DNA of 64,000 bases. Source: Heterodontus francisci (Eukaryota). The translations under genes were made by a program, and so were the position numbers. The notes below the pieces were generated by a model. It worked only from the letters and a program-made list of their open reading frames with translations. It was not told where the DNA came from and searched no databases. The DNA lies in assembly GCF_036365525.1 (NCBI RefSeq), contig NC_090404.1:27550149-27614148 (forward strand). Reading direction: 5' to 3'. Below, piece by piece: positions 22,901 to 36,130 of the stretch (its first letter is position 1; each line of letters opens with the position of its first letter).

Positions 22901-25499
22901 AAGATGGATACAAAATTGGCTCAGTGGCAGAAAACAAAGGGTAACTTTTGATGGATGTTTTTTGCGACTGGAGGGATGTTTCCAGTGACATTCCACATGG
23001 CTCAGTACTGGGTCCCCTGCTTTTTGTAGTATATATTAACGATTTGGACACAAATGTAGGGGGCATGATCAAGAAGATTGCAGATGACACAAAGATTGGC
23101 CGTGTGGTAGATCACAAGTAGGATAGGTGTAGGCTGCAGGAAGATATTGATGGTATGTTCAGCTGGGCAAAAAAGTAGTAAATAGAATTCAAAGTGGAGA
23201 AGTGTGAGGTGATGCATTTAGCAAACGAAGGCATGATAAATGGGAAAATACTGAGAAGTATTGAGGAATTAAGGGACCTTGGAATAGATGTCCACAGATC
23301 CCTGAAGGTAGCTGGACAGTTTGATAAGTTGGTTAAGAAGGCATATGGAATCCTTTTCTTTCTTTCCTTTCCGAGGTATAGAATATGAGCAGGGCGGTTA
23401 TGCTGGAACGGTATAACTCATTCATTAGGCCACAACTTGAGCTACTGTGTCCAGTTCTAGCCACCTCATTACAGAATGGATGCTATTGCACTAGAGAGGG
23501 TACAGAGGGGATTTACGAGGATGTTTCCAAGACTGGAAAAATGCAGCTGTGAGGAAAGATTGGATGGGCTGGGGCTGTTGTCCTTGGAACAGAGAAGGCT
23601 GAGGGGAGATCTGATTGAAATGTACAAAATTTTGAGAGGCCTGGATAGAGTGGAGGTGAAGGGTCTATTCACCTTAGCAGAGAGGTAAGTAACTAGAGGG
23701 TATAGATTGAAAGTGATAGGTAGAACAATTAGAGAGGAGATGAGGTAAAACTTTTTCTCACCCAGATGGTGGTGCAGGTCTGGAAGTCACTGCCTGAAAG
23801 CGTAGCTGAGGCACAAAGCCTCAACTCATTCAAAAGGCGTCTGGATATGCACCTCAAGTGCCATAATCTGCAGGTCTACAGACCAAATCCTGGAAGGTGG
23901 GATTAGAATAGGTGGATCGTTCTTCCACTGGCACAGACACCATGGGCCAAGTGGCCTCTTTCTGTGCCTTAAACATTCTATGATGCTATTTCTATGGATG
24001 GGCAATAATTGCTGGCCTAGCCAGCGCCGCCCACATCCCAGGAACGAATAAAAATTAAATAAAGTTTAATAATTCCAAGTGCAAAAAAACGGCGCTGTAT
24101 CAATTAAAATACAGCTGATGGCTATTGCTTTAATAAAGAAGTCTGTGATATCGCGAGGTAGTCAACTGAGGCAAAGTCCCGTCAAACAAGGTTTAAACTT
24201 GTGCAATAAGCCCCATTGGATTGTAAGCCCGACATTGTAACCATTCGGCCATCACAGCTCAACCACGAGTTGCCTTTGCAATTAAATCATCAGTACAATG
24301 CATTAGACAATTGCTTTTGACTAGATATGTACTAGGGAATCATTGTCTTTGCGCCACATCTCCCTGTTTCTGGGTAAATTAACATGATGGACTGAGTGAA
24401 TTTTACAGCACAGAAGGAAGCCTGTCGACCCGCCGAGCCTGTGCCGGCTCTTTGAAATAACTCTCAGTTTAATCCCACAATCCATCTTTTCCCCATCACC
24501 CTGGAAATTAGTTATCTTCCCTTTTCGCTACTGTCTGTTTTATGTCACTCAGAAAATTATGTATCCACGCTGCTACTGGTCATTTAATTCCATCCAATTT
24601 AGTTTTTCTCGCAAGTCGATTCTGTGGGATTTCACCAGATGTGTTTTGAAAGGCCATCTCCACAACATCAACCTCACTACCACTGCCCTCATCAACTTTC
24701 TCCATTACTTCATCAAAGAACACATTTCATGAGAAAAGCTCCAACTGCCATGGAAACAAAACCCAGTTCCTCAGTTCACATCCCATGTCTCAGAAGATTC
24801 TACAAAGACATATTGTCAGCAGCCCGCCACTGTCCTTCCAAAGGCCAGCCTTGCTTTTGTAGCGCGTGTCTGCCGAGTGGTCACTCCGAACTAAATGTAT
24901 GGACTGAGTTCAAGACCCAAATGAGTATTGATGTGAATGGAACATTTGCAACCTAGAAACAGCAGTGGTAACCAAGCAATGTTAAAGGCTTTTGGAACAT
25001 GAAAGTGAATGTTGCAGTCGGTTAAGCTGCAGTAAAATGAAATGGAAGTGAGTCAGTATTAATAGTGGAAGGAATAATCTGAGAGAAGAGGTGGGGTTGA
25101 ATATTGGAGAGTGAAGCACAGGCATGTGTAAGAGCGACGGAGTAAAATGAGTCGATAGTTTTTCTCAATCAAGAAGAAATACATTTTCATGATGAAAAGA
25201 TTGGTCATTTGCGCATTCTCTTCGCAGGTGCTGCTGTTTATTGATTGTCGTGCAGGTCAAATATTATTTCAATTGTTGCAGGAGCGTTTATGGGGCTAAA
25301 GAATAACTTGTTTATTATATACGTCTAATTATTTAACTTCTCCACAAGGCTATCTGGCTAGCACACCTCGTGCTGCTTCAACCTTCTTCCAAACCAAACA
25401 CCCAAGTAACTATAACATCATTAACAATAAAGTGGGAGGGGTTTACTCTGATTGTCTCCATATTAACCCATTAAGGCCTTTATACAACAAGTGCTCGAG

Positions 25500-26565
25500 C
25501 AGGTTTTTTTATTCACTCGTGGGATATGGTCAGTGCTGGTGATACTAGCATTTATTGCCCATCCCTAATTGCCCTTGAGAAGGTGGTGGTGAGCCGCCTT
25601 CTTGAACCATTGCAGTCCATGCGGAGTAGGTACACCTAGAGTGCTGTTAGGAAGGGAGTTACAGGAATTTGACCCAGCTACAGTGAAGGAACGGGAATAT
25701 AGTTCCAAGTCAGGATGGTGTGTGGCTTGGAAGGGAACTTGCAGGTGCTGGCGTTCCCGTGCATCTGCTGCCCCTATACTTCTAGGTGGCAGAGGTCGTG
25801 GCTTTGGAAGGTGCTGTCTAAGGATCCTTGGTGTGCTGCCGTAGTGCATCTTGTAGATGGTACACACTGCTGCCACTGTGCGTCTGTGGTAGAAGGAGTG
25901 AATGTTGAAGGTGGTTGAGAGGGAGCTAATCAAGCGGGCTGCATTGTCCTGGATGATGTCGAGCTTTTTGAGTGTTGTTGGAGCTGCACCCGTCCAGGCA
26001 AGTGGAGAGTATTACAACACACTCCTGACCTGTGCATTGTAGATGGTGGATAGGCTTTGGAAGGTCAGGAGGTGAGTTACTCTCCAGTTTTCCTAGACTC
26101 TGACCTGCTCATGTGGCCATTGTATTTATATGGCTACTCCAGTTCAGTTTCTGGTCAATACTAACCCCCAAGATGTTGATATTGTGGGATTCAGCGCTGG
26201 TAATGCTATTGACTGTCAATGGGAGATTGTTAGATTCTCTCTTGTTTGAGATAGTCATTGCCTGGCATATGTGGCACGAAGGTTACTTGCCACTTATCAG
26301 CCCCAGTCTGGAGATTGTTCTGCTCTTGCTGCATTGCTACACAGACTGCTTCAGCATGGATTCACGAATGGTACTGAATGTGCAATCATCAGCGATCATC
26401 AGCAAACATCCCCACTTCTGACCTTTTGATTGAAGGAAGGTCATTGATGAAGCAGCTGAAGATGGTTGGATCTAGGATACTACCCTGAGAAATTCCTGCA
26501 GTGATGTCCTGGAGCTGAGCTGATTGACTTCCAACAATGACAACCATCTTGCTTTTCACTAGGTA
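25500..26565 (-). mobile_element. CR1/L2-superclade LINE 3' fragment
   Basis: NIHSFYHRRTVAAVCTIYKMH peptide; tail ttagggatgggcaataaatg...gaataaaaaa, also seen at 23997-24055 and 28497-28565. Confidence 0.75.
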
Positions 26566-26569
26566 ATTT

Positions 26570-27005
26570 CACTTTTATTGGTATTTCACTTTATTTTAGT
26601 TTGTTTCATCATTAGACTTTTTTTACCATGTGCCTGCCCACTGTGTTTTTTTCTTTCTTTCTTTCATGTTTTTGCTTGTGGTTAGGGCTTTCATTATTCT
26701 GTCATTTAGAACCCTCCCTGCACTAACGCTTTGTATTTCACCACACCATTAACACACTCTTTGCCTTTGCCTTTTCCCTAGGTCCTCCTTGTCAGTTATT
26801 TTCTGCGACCCTCTGTCCTATCAGCACCTTCCCATTTGTTCTCTTTTGCTCCACCCACACCTTATTTGCTTAAAACTTATTACATTTCTAACCTTTGCCA
26901 GTTCTGATGAAAGGTCACTGATTGAAACCTTAACTACGCTTCTCTCCCCACAGATGCTGCCAGAGCTGCTGAGTATTTCCAGCACTTTTTTTTGGTTTTA
27001 TTCCT
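26570..27005 (+). mobile_element. Penelope terminal repeat fragment with degenerate hammerhead (26900-26935)
   Basis: Homologous to the reverse complement of 57191-57650; agtt-ctgatga...gaaac-ctt-aact. Confidence 0.75.
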
Positions 27006-28189
27006 GTTGGTATGGTTTATGTTGTCCAGATTCGAAAGGGACTAGGTGATATGGAGCTCAACAGGTTTTCCAGAACAGTACAACCAGAGGTCAGAGGCTG
27101 CAGTGAAGGGGGTAAATTCAAAGCCAATCTTCTGAAACAATATGTCACTGAGTGGTCGATCTATGGACCAGACCCCCTACTTGGAAGAAGTTAATATTGA
27201 TTCTTACAATACAAATTAGATAGATTTCATTCATAAGATGTCATTTCGGGATACAACATGTGAGTACGTTGTGACATGACATGTGATAAGTGTAACGTTG
27301 CTTGAGAGGAACAGGTGATTTTGTAAGTATGGTTCCTAAAGCTCTCCACCACTGGGGTCTTCCTCCCCTTAAGTCTCGGTCTGTTGCAGGCTAGTTTATA
27401 GCGATTAGTTAAAAACTGTACTAACATTGTATCACGGGAGTACCAGGATGGCAGAAGGCAAAGTGACTGAAATGTATAGTCGGTAGCGAAGATGCTATCT
27501 TCATTCAAATCGTTAAGATTCGTTTTTTTTATGATTTGGGTGTTAATTGTTTGTATTCCTTCTACAAAAGGGGCACTCTTTTTGAATAATTTTATTTTGT
27601 TTGATGACACAACTGTGTTGTCCTAATTAGCCAATGAAAAGAGTAGCAGGCGAACTAGATGGTGTTTTGTGTTTTTACCTCCAGCATTTCCTCTGTTCCT
27701 ATGTTTAAGAGCACAAGAGTGTGGTGGTGCCTATGGATTGGAGAATGCATGGAGCATTACAGTTTTCCAGTTCAGAGACTATCTTACCTTCAAGACCCAA
27801 ATCATATCCAGCAGGGATATTGATGTCCCCTCACTGAACAGTTAAACTTGACATCTAATAACAGAGCAGGGATCAGACTCTCTGTCTCGCCTATGAATGT
27901 AACAATACTCCAGTGCCCTTGCGGCTGATGGGAATGAACTAAGCTAGAGTCAACATGGGGAAAAGAACTGGAAACGAAACGAGACCATGTTACAACACTG
28001 AATTGTGTGGTGATGTGGATTGCTTCTGCATTCTTCAATTGATATAATGGATAAGGACGTCAAAGCGAGTGATGAGTGACTGTTTTCCTGGGAGGGGTGG
28101 TTCAGGGGTGGGGGTTCGTGCATGACATGCACAACTACAGCAATGGATGGAATGCAACCTGCAATTCATGTTGGATTTGACTATTTCCA

Positions 28190-29158
28190 TCATTCAAACA
28201 ATTTAACGATCAGACTCAGTGGATATGTCACTCCATTCTTTAAATCCTCTCTGAATTTTCTCTGCGCCCCTGCACAAATAAATGGATTGAAGCAGGAATT
28301 CAAAAGCTGAAGCATATATCCGCTTTGGTCCAGAATAAAATTTGATTCATTGAAATTGGAACCGGAAAAATAACTAAATTTCGCAATTCGGACATAAAGG
28401 AAATTTATAAGAAGTACCGAATGAAGCTGCCCGAGACAGAGGAGAGTTAAACGTTGCACTTTCTCTACTTCTCCACCTATAGTTCACTCCGATTCAGTTT
28501 TTTTTTATTCATTCATGGGATGTGAGCGTCGCTTGCTAGGCCAGTATTTATTGCCTATCCCTAAAATTTCTGCAGTGCTGTGGACCCGGAGTCTCCTGCG
28601 AGCTCTGCTGGCTGCTAAAATGTGCCTGACCGTCAGAGCGTTGAGCAGTAAAATCAGAATGAATGGGAGACAAATGGTTAAAATCTGGTGAATACAGTCA
28701 TATGTCGTCAATGCTGGTGACGTATAAAATATCAATCTTATGCTGCAGAACCAGGGCGTATTGTTAATAATATTCAACGGTTCAAAAATAAAATACCGGA
28801 AGGTATTTATTAAACGGCTCAGTGTGCAGACCGTTCCTATCGCACGAGCTGCCATTTTCTCAGTGCAGTATTTTATTTTCCGCTCCTGGCAACAAATGGC
28901 CATAAATCAATCAAAGGTGAAAGCGACCGTTACGCAGACAGAAGTCTATGATCGCAAAGTTTAGGGCAATATGGAAACTGCATATCGGTGTGATGGATAG
29001 AAAATTGAGTGGGAAATAAATACCAGCAATCCGGTTTAATATCACAATGGTGATCATGACCAGGAGATCCGTCACTGCCATGGCCACCAGGTAGTAAGTG
29101 ATACAACTGGAGAGACCGCATCTTCCTCGGAACAGGATCACAATCACTGCCAGGTTAG
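28190..29158 (-). pseudogene. GPR139-like GPCR copy B, exon 2 (pseudogene)
   Basis: ANLAVIVILFRGRCGL... to NPFIC...KLFE*; frameshift near 28935; retroposon tail inserted at ~28497-28565; TM6 region disrupted. Confidence 0.9.
28497..28565 (-). mobile_element. Short LINE/SINE 3' tail inserted in the GPCR pseudogene
   Basis: Reverse complement ttagggataggcaataaatactggcctagcaagcgacgctcacatcccatgaatgaataaaaaaaaa. Confidence 0.75.
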
Positions 29159-30369
29159 CTGTAATAGAGACAGAGAGAGACTGAGAGAAAGAGCATGTGT
29201 GAATGAACAAGAACAGGAAAATTACTGCTCTGATTCCAAAAAAAAACATAGTTTTACAGAATCCTGTGCGAAATGCACAGCTTTGACACATGATACTGAG
29301 TGAAAAACTATCGCTCAACCTCTGGATACTTGCTTCTGTGATTAAAATAAGCTGGATTAAAAATCGGACGGATCATAACATCGGAATGTAAAATACTACA
29401 GTCAAACATAATGGAGAACAAGAAAGCATCAGGAACCCATCGAAATCCATACAGGAACATCAAACAGACAGGGAAAATAATATTAGTAACATATTCTAAA
29501 ATGTATTTTGGGGGGTAAATAATACAATAACCGGTGATAAAAGTGTAAAATAACAGGAAAGTAGCAAAAACAGATTATATCCTGCTGTGGATGAAAAAGG
29601 TCCTCACCCAACGAATTACTGTAAAATGATTCAGCAGTGGTAAATTCGACTGTTAGGTTGTTCGAAAAGATTTTCAGAGAGAACCAAATGGACAATAAGT
29701 GTTTCATCACTCAGTGGAGGGGGTGTTCTTGAACACGCAATGATAACTCAGACACCTTCTCCTGTTAATCCCCTGGGAAATTCCGTGTTGACCTGCACCA
29801 GCAGAACTGGCAGGCGATGAGGGCTCATTCAGAGAAAGGGCCCTCCTATAATACAACAATTCCTCAGTACTGCACTGAGCTGCCAGCTTAGATGATCGAC
29901 TTAGTCCAATCGCTGGTATTGAAATTAAAACTTTTTGACTCAGATGTGAGACATGCCACAGTTATATAAAATTTGGAGGAAAGACTGAAGACGTGAACAG
30001 TCTGGGACATTACCAACGGTTTTGAGCAGAAGGAACATTTTCACTCAGTAGTGATCATTGTAGCAGCAGTTCATGTGGAAGAGGAAAGCTGGGTTGAAGC
30101 AGTGAGAGTTAGAGACTGAGAGCAGAAACACTGAGCGCTGTGAGTTTAGTGTAAGCACAGGTTCATTCATAAAACGATGACTTGTTGCAATGCTTATATT
30201 TCTGTGAACAGCTCGTTGTCTAATAATCCCCTTCAACGAATTCACTCATTACATTCAGTGAGGAATTATTTATTTGTTGAATAATTTCAATCAGTGAATC
30301 ATTTATGAAAATCAGACAGCCGCTCTCAATGTCATTTCTACAGGAGAACTCAACGTATATTGTGGTGGA

Positions 30370-31490
30370 AGTGATAATTCACTTACAATAACAGTGTCAA
30401 TAATACATTTACACTGTGATAAAAGTGTGAGAATTCGCTTGCAGTAACACTGTCAGTTACATAACATAACTACATTTGCACTGCGATAGCAGTGATAGGT
30501 CACACACTGTGTCAATAATACAATAGAACTACATTTACACCCTTATTACAGTGTGATAATTCACCCAAAGTAACAGTGTCAATAAGACAATAAAGCTACA
30601 TTTGCACCGTGATAGCAGTGTGATAATTTACCCACAGTAAGAGTGTCAGTAAAACAGTAGAACTACGTTTACACCATGATAATAGTGTGATAATACAACC
30701 AATGGAATAGTATCTATAACACAATATAACTACGTTACACCGTGGTAGCAGTGTGATAATTCACCCACAGTTAGTGTCAATAACACAATAGAACTACATT
30801 TACACTGTATTAATCGTGTGATAATTCACTCAAAGTAACAGTATCAATGCAGCGTAATGACAGCGTCATAATTCACCCACAGTAAGTGTCAATAACACAA
30901 CAGAATCACATTCATGCCTGATAACTGCCTAGCAGTTGGCAGGAAAAAAGACAGAAGTGCAAGGGGAGAGCCAATTGTGTAACAACCCCGGTAGCCAATT
31001 TTATCTGCAGCACCAGTGGAAAAGTTTGTCACTCTAGAATTGGTCTTTATAGCCACTCCAGGTGCTGCTTCACAATCCACTGACCACCTCCAGGTGCTTA
31101 CCCATTGTCTCCCGAGACAAGGAGGCCAAAGAAGAAGAAAAAAGAAGAATTCACCCAAAGTAACAGCATAATGACAGCGTGATAATTCACCCACAGTAAG
31201 TGTCAATAACACAACAGATCCACATTCATACCTGATAACAGTGTGATAATTCCCCCAAAGTAAAAGTATCAAAACACAATAAAACTACATTTACAGCGTG
31301 ATAAAGGTGTGATAATTCACCCACAGTAACAGTGTTAATAACACAATAGAACTACATTTACACCGTGATAACAGTGTGGTAATTCACCTATTGTAACAGT
31401 GTCAATGACACAATAGGACTATATTTACATTATGATAACAGTGTGATAATTCACCCACATTAAGTGTCTGCAATACAATAGAACTGCAGT
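30370..31490 (-). repeat. ~67-bp intronic minisatellite of GPCR copy B
   Basis: aataacacaatagaactacatttacaccgtgataacagtgtgataattcacccacagtaacagtgtc repeats; reverse complement of the array at 8400. Confidence 0.9.
30926..31148 (+). mobile_element. RTE 3' fragment within the minisatellite
   Basis: Matches the RTE 3' end; (gaa)n tail. Confidence 0.85.
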
Positions 31491-31938
31491 TAGTCTGTGA
31501 AATGGCTCAAGTACAAGGGAGATATTATACAGTTAGAAGTACGAAATTATGCTTTCAAGCAATAGAATGGACACTGGTTAAAGGGAAGATGATACTGCTG
31601 AAGAGGGGAAATATTGCCACCAAAGTGGAAAGTAATGCTTGAAAGCAGGAGAAATTATGCTGTTAATATAAAGAAATTATACCGCTAATGACACTTCTGA
31701 AAGGGAGAAATTAAAGTATTAATGACTAAAATCATATTAGCAAATTTCCAAAAAAATTATATTAAAATGGAGAAATAGAACCTGCAAAGTAGAAAAAATA
31801 ATACTATAAATGAGGAGAAAGCATCCCATTGAAGGAGAAAAGGATATAATTAAGGTGCAGAAGTGCTAGTGATAAGTAAGAGGAGTGATAAAGCTAATCA
31901 ATGATTTCCGTAACTAATATCTAAGTACAGTACTTTAC

Positions 31939-32004
31939 CTGGAACCCCAAGAGCTGCATGAACGGGATAGTAAATGGCAAACACCAGATCTTCGATCCGT
32001 GCAT
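31939..32004 (-). pseudogene. GPR139-like GPCR copy B, exon 1 (net 4-nt deletion, frameshifted)
   Basis: atgcacggatcgaagatctggtg...ccag|gtaaag is 66 nt versus 70 nt in copies A and C. Confidence 0.85.
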
Positions 32005-32073
32005 TTTTGTCAGAAGCTCTGAGCACGCTCTAAACTGCACTCAAAGATTGTTATACTGTTACCTGATGTCAGG

Positions 32074-32116
32074 CTCCAGGGAGATAATTAGATATTTTTA
32101 TATTTTACATTAATTG
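32074..32116 (-). promoter_or_regulatory. Putative homeodomain + O/E module, GPCR copy B
   Basis: Minus strand caattaatg...cTAATTAtcTCCCTGGAG. Confidence 0.4.
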
Positions 32117-32479
32117 CACGAATTGAAGCCAACAGATTAATGCAGCTATTGCCAGACTGGTGTTTTCGTTTTGATAGAATGGAATGTTTCTGAAGGGACC
32201 TGATATGGCTCTAAAGTAAGTAGCCAGAGAATACAATATGATCCTAGTTATAGTTACGATAATGAAAAGTGTAAGAGGCAGTTGCAATGGTGAAAATGAA
32301 TCCCCAGGTTTAAAAACTTTCATGCTGAATTAATTTCCCACATCACAAGGTATAAGTGACCAGAGATATTCTGGTCCTGAAGGAAATTGCAGTCAAGTTC
32401 TTGTTCCTGATCACGATTCAGCTCCAGTCCATGCGATCCTGGGTCTTATCCATGTGACTCCAAAGCCCTATAGATAGTA

Positions 32480-33300
32480 CTGTCACTTCAATGCAGCTGA
32501 TTGTATTCAGTGTGGACTGGTATAGGTCAGCACAATAGTTTCAGTGTGCATACGTGCAGTTGTGCACGTTTATGCTTTGTGTGGCAACGTCAGTTCAGAA
32601 CAGTTGTCTTCAGTATTGATTGTCAAGATTGGTAGAATGGAGACATGTCCAGTTGATCACATTTACATTTAATGTGGACTGGTCGAGGTCACAGTATGGA
32701 GAGATCAAGTTCAGCCCGGTCACCCTGTTTGTGCACAGGTTTAATTCAGCACAGTTACTCACCGTGTTAACCAGTTCAGCTTGGTTACATTCCACTACAC
32801 AGATCCAGTTGTGTACGCTAATTCTCCGTGCTAAAGAATCCAATTCAACATGGTTGCATTCAGTGTTCAGTATAGTTACATTCTGTAGAGACACGTTCAG
32901 TTAGCGCGTTGATGTTTTGTGTGGATTCGATGATGATAGTTCCGGTTCAGCACACTCGCATTCAGAGTGGACAGATCCATTCTGTATTGTTACTTTCAGT
33001 GACAGCAGCTTCTGTTCCGCCTGGTTCCATTGAATGTGGACAGGCCTAATTCTACACCGTTACTGCCAATGTGATCTTGGCCAACTCAGCGTGCTTGTAT
33101 CTAGCATACAGATGGCTAATTGAACACGGTTACTGCTGGCCTGCTCAGATCAGGTATTGGACAGTTACTTTCAATGTGGAGGAGTCCAGTTCACCAGGGT
33201 CATTTATTGTAGAAATGTCCAGTTTCGCATGGCTACATTCAGTGTGGACAGGTCCAGTTCACCATGGTTGCATTTAGTGTGCACAGATCCAGTTGGATGA
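32480..33300 (-). repeat. ~35-bp minisatellite upstream of GPCR copy B
   Basis: acattcagtgtggacaggtccagttca repeats (reverse complement of 6261-7330). Confidence 0.75.
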
Positions 33301-34200
33301 GTCTGGACAGGCTTTGGGGAGTCAGGTGGTGAGTACTTGCCGCAGAATTCCCAGCCTCTGACCTGCTCTTGTCGCCACAGTCTTTATATTGCTGATGCAG
33401 TTAAGGTTCGGCCGTTGAGTATCAACCTTTGTTGCCAGATCCTTCTATTTCTTGACGTGAATCTCTGGCAAGATAGACGTTTGATTAATATCCAACAGTA
33501 GAGCTGTTACTGGGAGGCCTAGAAATAGCTCTCACATGCCTTAGCTTCTCCTTGTTATTTCGTATCTCTATCCATACTGATCTCATTTCCTACTCTTTTG
33601 AGCCAAGATCTTTCCTTACTACTGTCCTATGTGACCCTTTATTATCAGGGCTACCCTATATTTGTTTTCATTTTGTCTGTCTTTGCGAAATATCAAGTAC
33701 CCTGGAATATTTATTTCCCAACCATGTTCACCATGCAGCCACGTCACATTAGTGCTATTAGATCAAACCGTTGATCTCTATTTGTGCCTTTAACTTGTCT
33801 ATCTTGTTAAAAGTCCTCCAGGCATTCAGATAAAATGGTTTTACTTTTAACTTTCTGCCATTTCCCCCTGATTTTATCTTATTTACTGATACGCTATTTG
33901 CGTTAAATTCTCTGTCCCTTCCTGTCACATTCTGCTTAACTTTACTCAAATTGCTACATTGCTCTGTGCCCTTGACTTTTCTCTTTACATTTATAGATTC
34001 CACATCAATTTAAGCCTCCCCAACATTTTATCTTGAATCCCTACCTCCAGCACTAGTTATTGAATTCACCCGAACATTGGTCCCAGTAGAGCTTAAGTGG
34101 ACATTGACCCAAGGAACAGCTCCCTCTTTCCCCAGTACTGGAACCAGTGACCCATGGAACGAAACACCACTGTTTCAGCCTTGCGTTGAACTCATGGCAT
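33300..34200 (-). mobile_element. L2-like fragment followed by a CR1 endonuclease-region fragment
   Basis: FYLNAWRTFNKIDKLKAQIEING; partly shared (inverted) with 45600-46060. Confidence 0.7.
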
Positions 34201-34239
34201 TGATTTGTTATTCCACTATCACTCCAAATTTCTATCCCT

Positions 34240-34630
34240 TACACCAAACACCTGGGTCAGGGTAAGCTACAGTGATTAACTAGTCCTCTATTACCTGGAC
34301 ATACTGTCCAGTTTACCGAACACCGGGGTCCAATGAAAATAATTTCAGCAGCTACTATTCCATTAGCTTAGAATTACGTTCGTTCACCAAATATCTGGAA
34401 CAGGGGAAGGCTCCATTGATTAGTCAATCCCCTATTACCTGTACATTTTACCCCATTGACCAGAAATCTGGGGCCGGTTAAAGATATTTTGGTCAGGCAT
34501 TCCTTTTTACCCACAGATTCTATCACATTTACCAAACACCTGGGACAGGGTAAAGTTACATTCATCAGTCTGTTGCCCTTGCATTTTATCCCATTGACCA
34601 AACATCTTGGGCTGGTTAAATGTACTTTGA
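34240..34630 (+). repeat. ~72-bp tandem repeat with alternating A/B units (~6 units)
   Basis: accaaacacctggg-like starts at about 34243, 34315, 34386, 34459, 34531 and 34597. Confidence 0.65.
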
Positions 34631-35029
34631 ACATGCCTTCCATCAGTTGGAACCAGCCTTCTTGACAGAGACAGGAAGCTGCCTGGAAGACCAGCCAATG
34701 CACCCAGTATCTCGGTATGCATTCTATTAATTGCTCCTCAATATGCTGCCAAATCAAACTCCTTTGTAGTTGGCCCGTCGGTGACCTCGCCTGCTGGCAA
34801 GCTGGCAAATGAATCATACGTTACCCATGGCCTGGCTGCTGCCCACTCATGACCAATAGTTCGCTCTGTGCTGATCTAAAATCTATACTAGTGTCCATGT
34901 GACTTGCAGTGCCAGTATCTGAGCTAGTGGCTACCAGTATTAGATCAAATGACGGAGCCTCGCCTTCACTTCATTAATGCTGTGCTGTTGTAGTCAGCAC
35001 TCTCTCTCTCTCTTTCTCCTTCCTTCTCT

Positions 35030-36130
35030 CTTCCTCCTTGGGAAGTTGTGGTTGGGCAGATGGTAAGTCCTGTGTGTCTGCATGCAGCAAATCAGAAGGG
35101 AAAGGTTGGGATTAAAGAAGGCGAGCGTGGTGGCGAACACGTTGTCTATGGTCACACCATTTGCACCTTACATATCATGTCAGATGTTAGGATGATGGTG
35201 AGCTGGGTGTTGAGGAGGGACTTAAGACAGGAAAAAACCTTCATCTTCAATGTGCTCAGCAATGCCGAATGACATGGACTCTGTCATTGTCAGGCCCATG
35301 ATTTTGAGAACTATCTCATTTTTGGGCTCTGGAAATGCAGGTGTCCTTGTCCCCCGATTGCTCTGCTCTGCTCCTTTCTATTGTGCCCCCTTGAACTTCA
35401 GGGTGGAAGGCAGAATGTTAGTGATTCTGCAGCACTATGTGTGGGTGATATTCCTGCCATAGCGGAATGGCTGAAGGTAACTGGAGGCATAGAGAGAGGT
35501 GAATGTACGTCTAGAAGCACTGGTAGATGTGTGAGGGTAAGGTGGAGTGTCTGGATGTAAGGCCTGTGTCCTGAGTGCCAGCAGGTGCTGCTCGGTGAGT
35601 AATGGAGCTGTGGCGCATTCAAAAGAATGACAGGTTGCAGGTATGAGGATGGGTGACGTCATGTGTAGATGCATTCACTGACCTTGACCACCCACATGAA
35701 GTCATTGCACGTCTTGTGGCACTGCTGTCAGATCCCCAGGTTCTGTCACCGGACATTGACCTCCCACACCATATTTTCACATTCCATTCACAGGGTGGTC
35801 CTTCAGGGCCTCCCGGACCCATTCAGAACGATGACTGCTCCTTTCCTCCTGTCCAGCTCCGTCATTAATGCGCCCATCCGTCACCCTGCAACCCTTGCTC
35901 TGCCTTGGTATTTCTTCTTCCATCATTTAAGTTCCACCAATATTATTCAGTGTACCTTCCCTTTAAAAGGGACAGACTGTCTTTAAGAAGAGCAGGCTGG
36001 CTGCGCCAAGTGGTATCTGCACAACGGTGCTCAGTCCACTGATAAGCACAGAGGAAGCCAGAAGCGTGAAGAAGAAGGTAGCAGCACGGGACTCGCTCAT
36101 CCATAGGCTGCAAGCATGCACATGAGGTCA
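35030..36130 (-). mobile_element. PIF/Harbinger-type relic with Myb/SANT remnant
   Basis: RTW..QQCHKTCNDF on the minus strand (~35690-35770); colinear similarity to 13100-14250. Confidence 0.55.

Larger units (their letters stand above)
19210..23995 (+). mobile_element. Near full-length degenerate CR1 LINE (5' tandem monomers, ORF1 esterase-like, ORF2 EN+RT)
   Basis: IVIGDSIVRGTD (20520), IAITETW, GDFN, GDSDHN, KSPGLD..YPRLLKE, HGSVLGP, ADDTK, tctatg tail; many stops and frameshifts. Confidence 0.9.
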
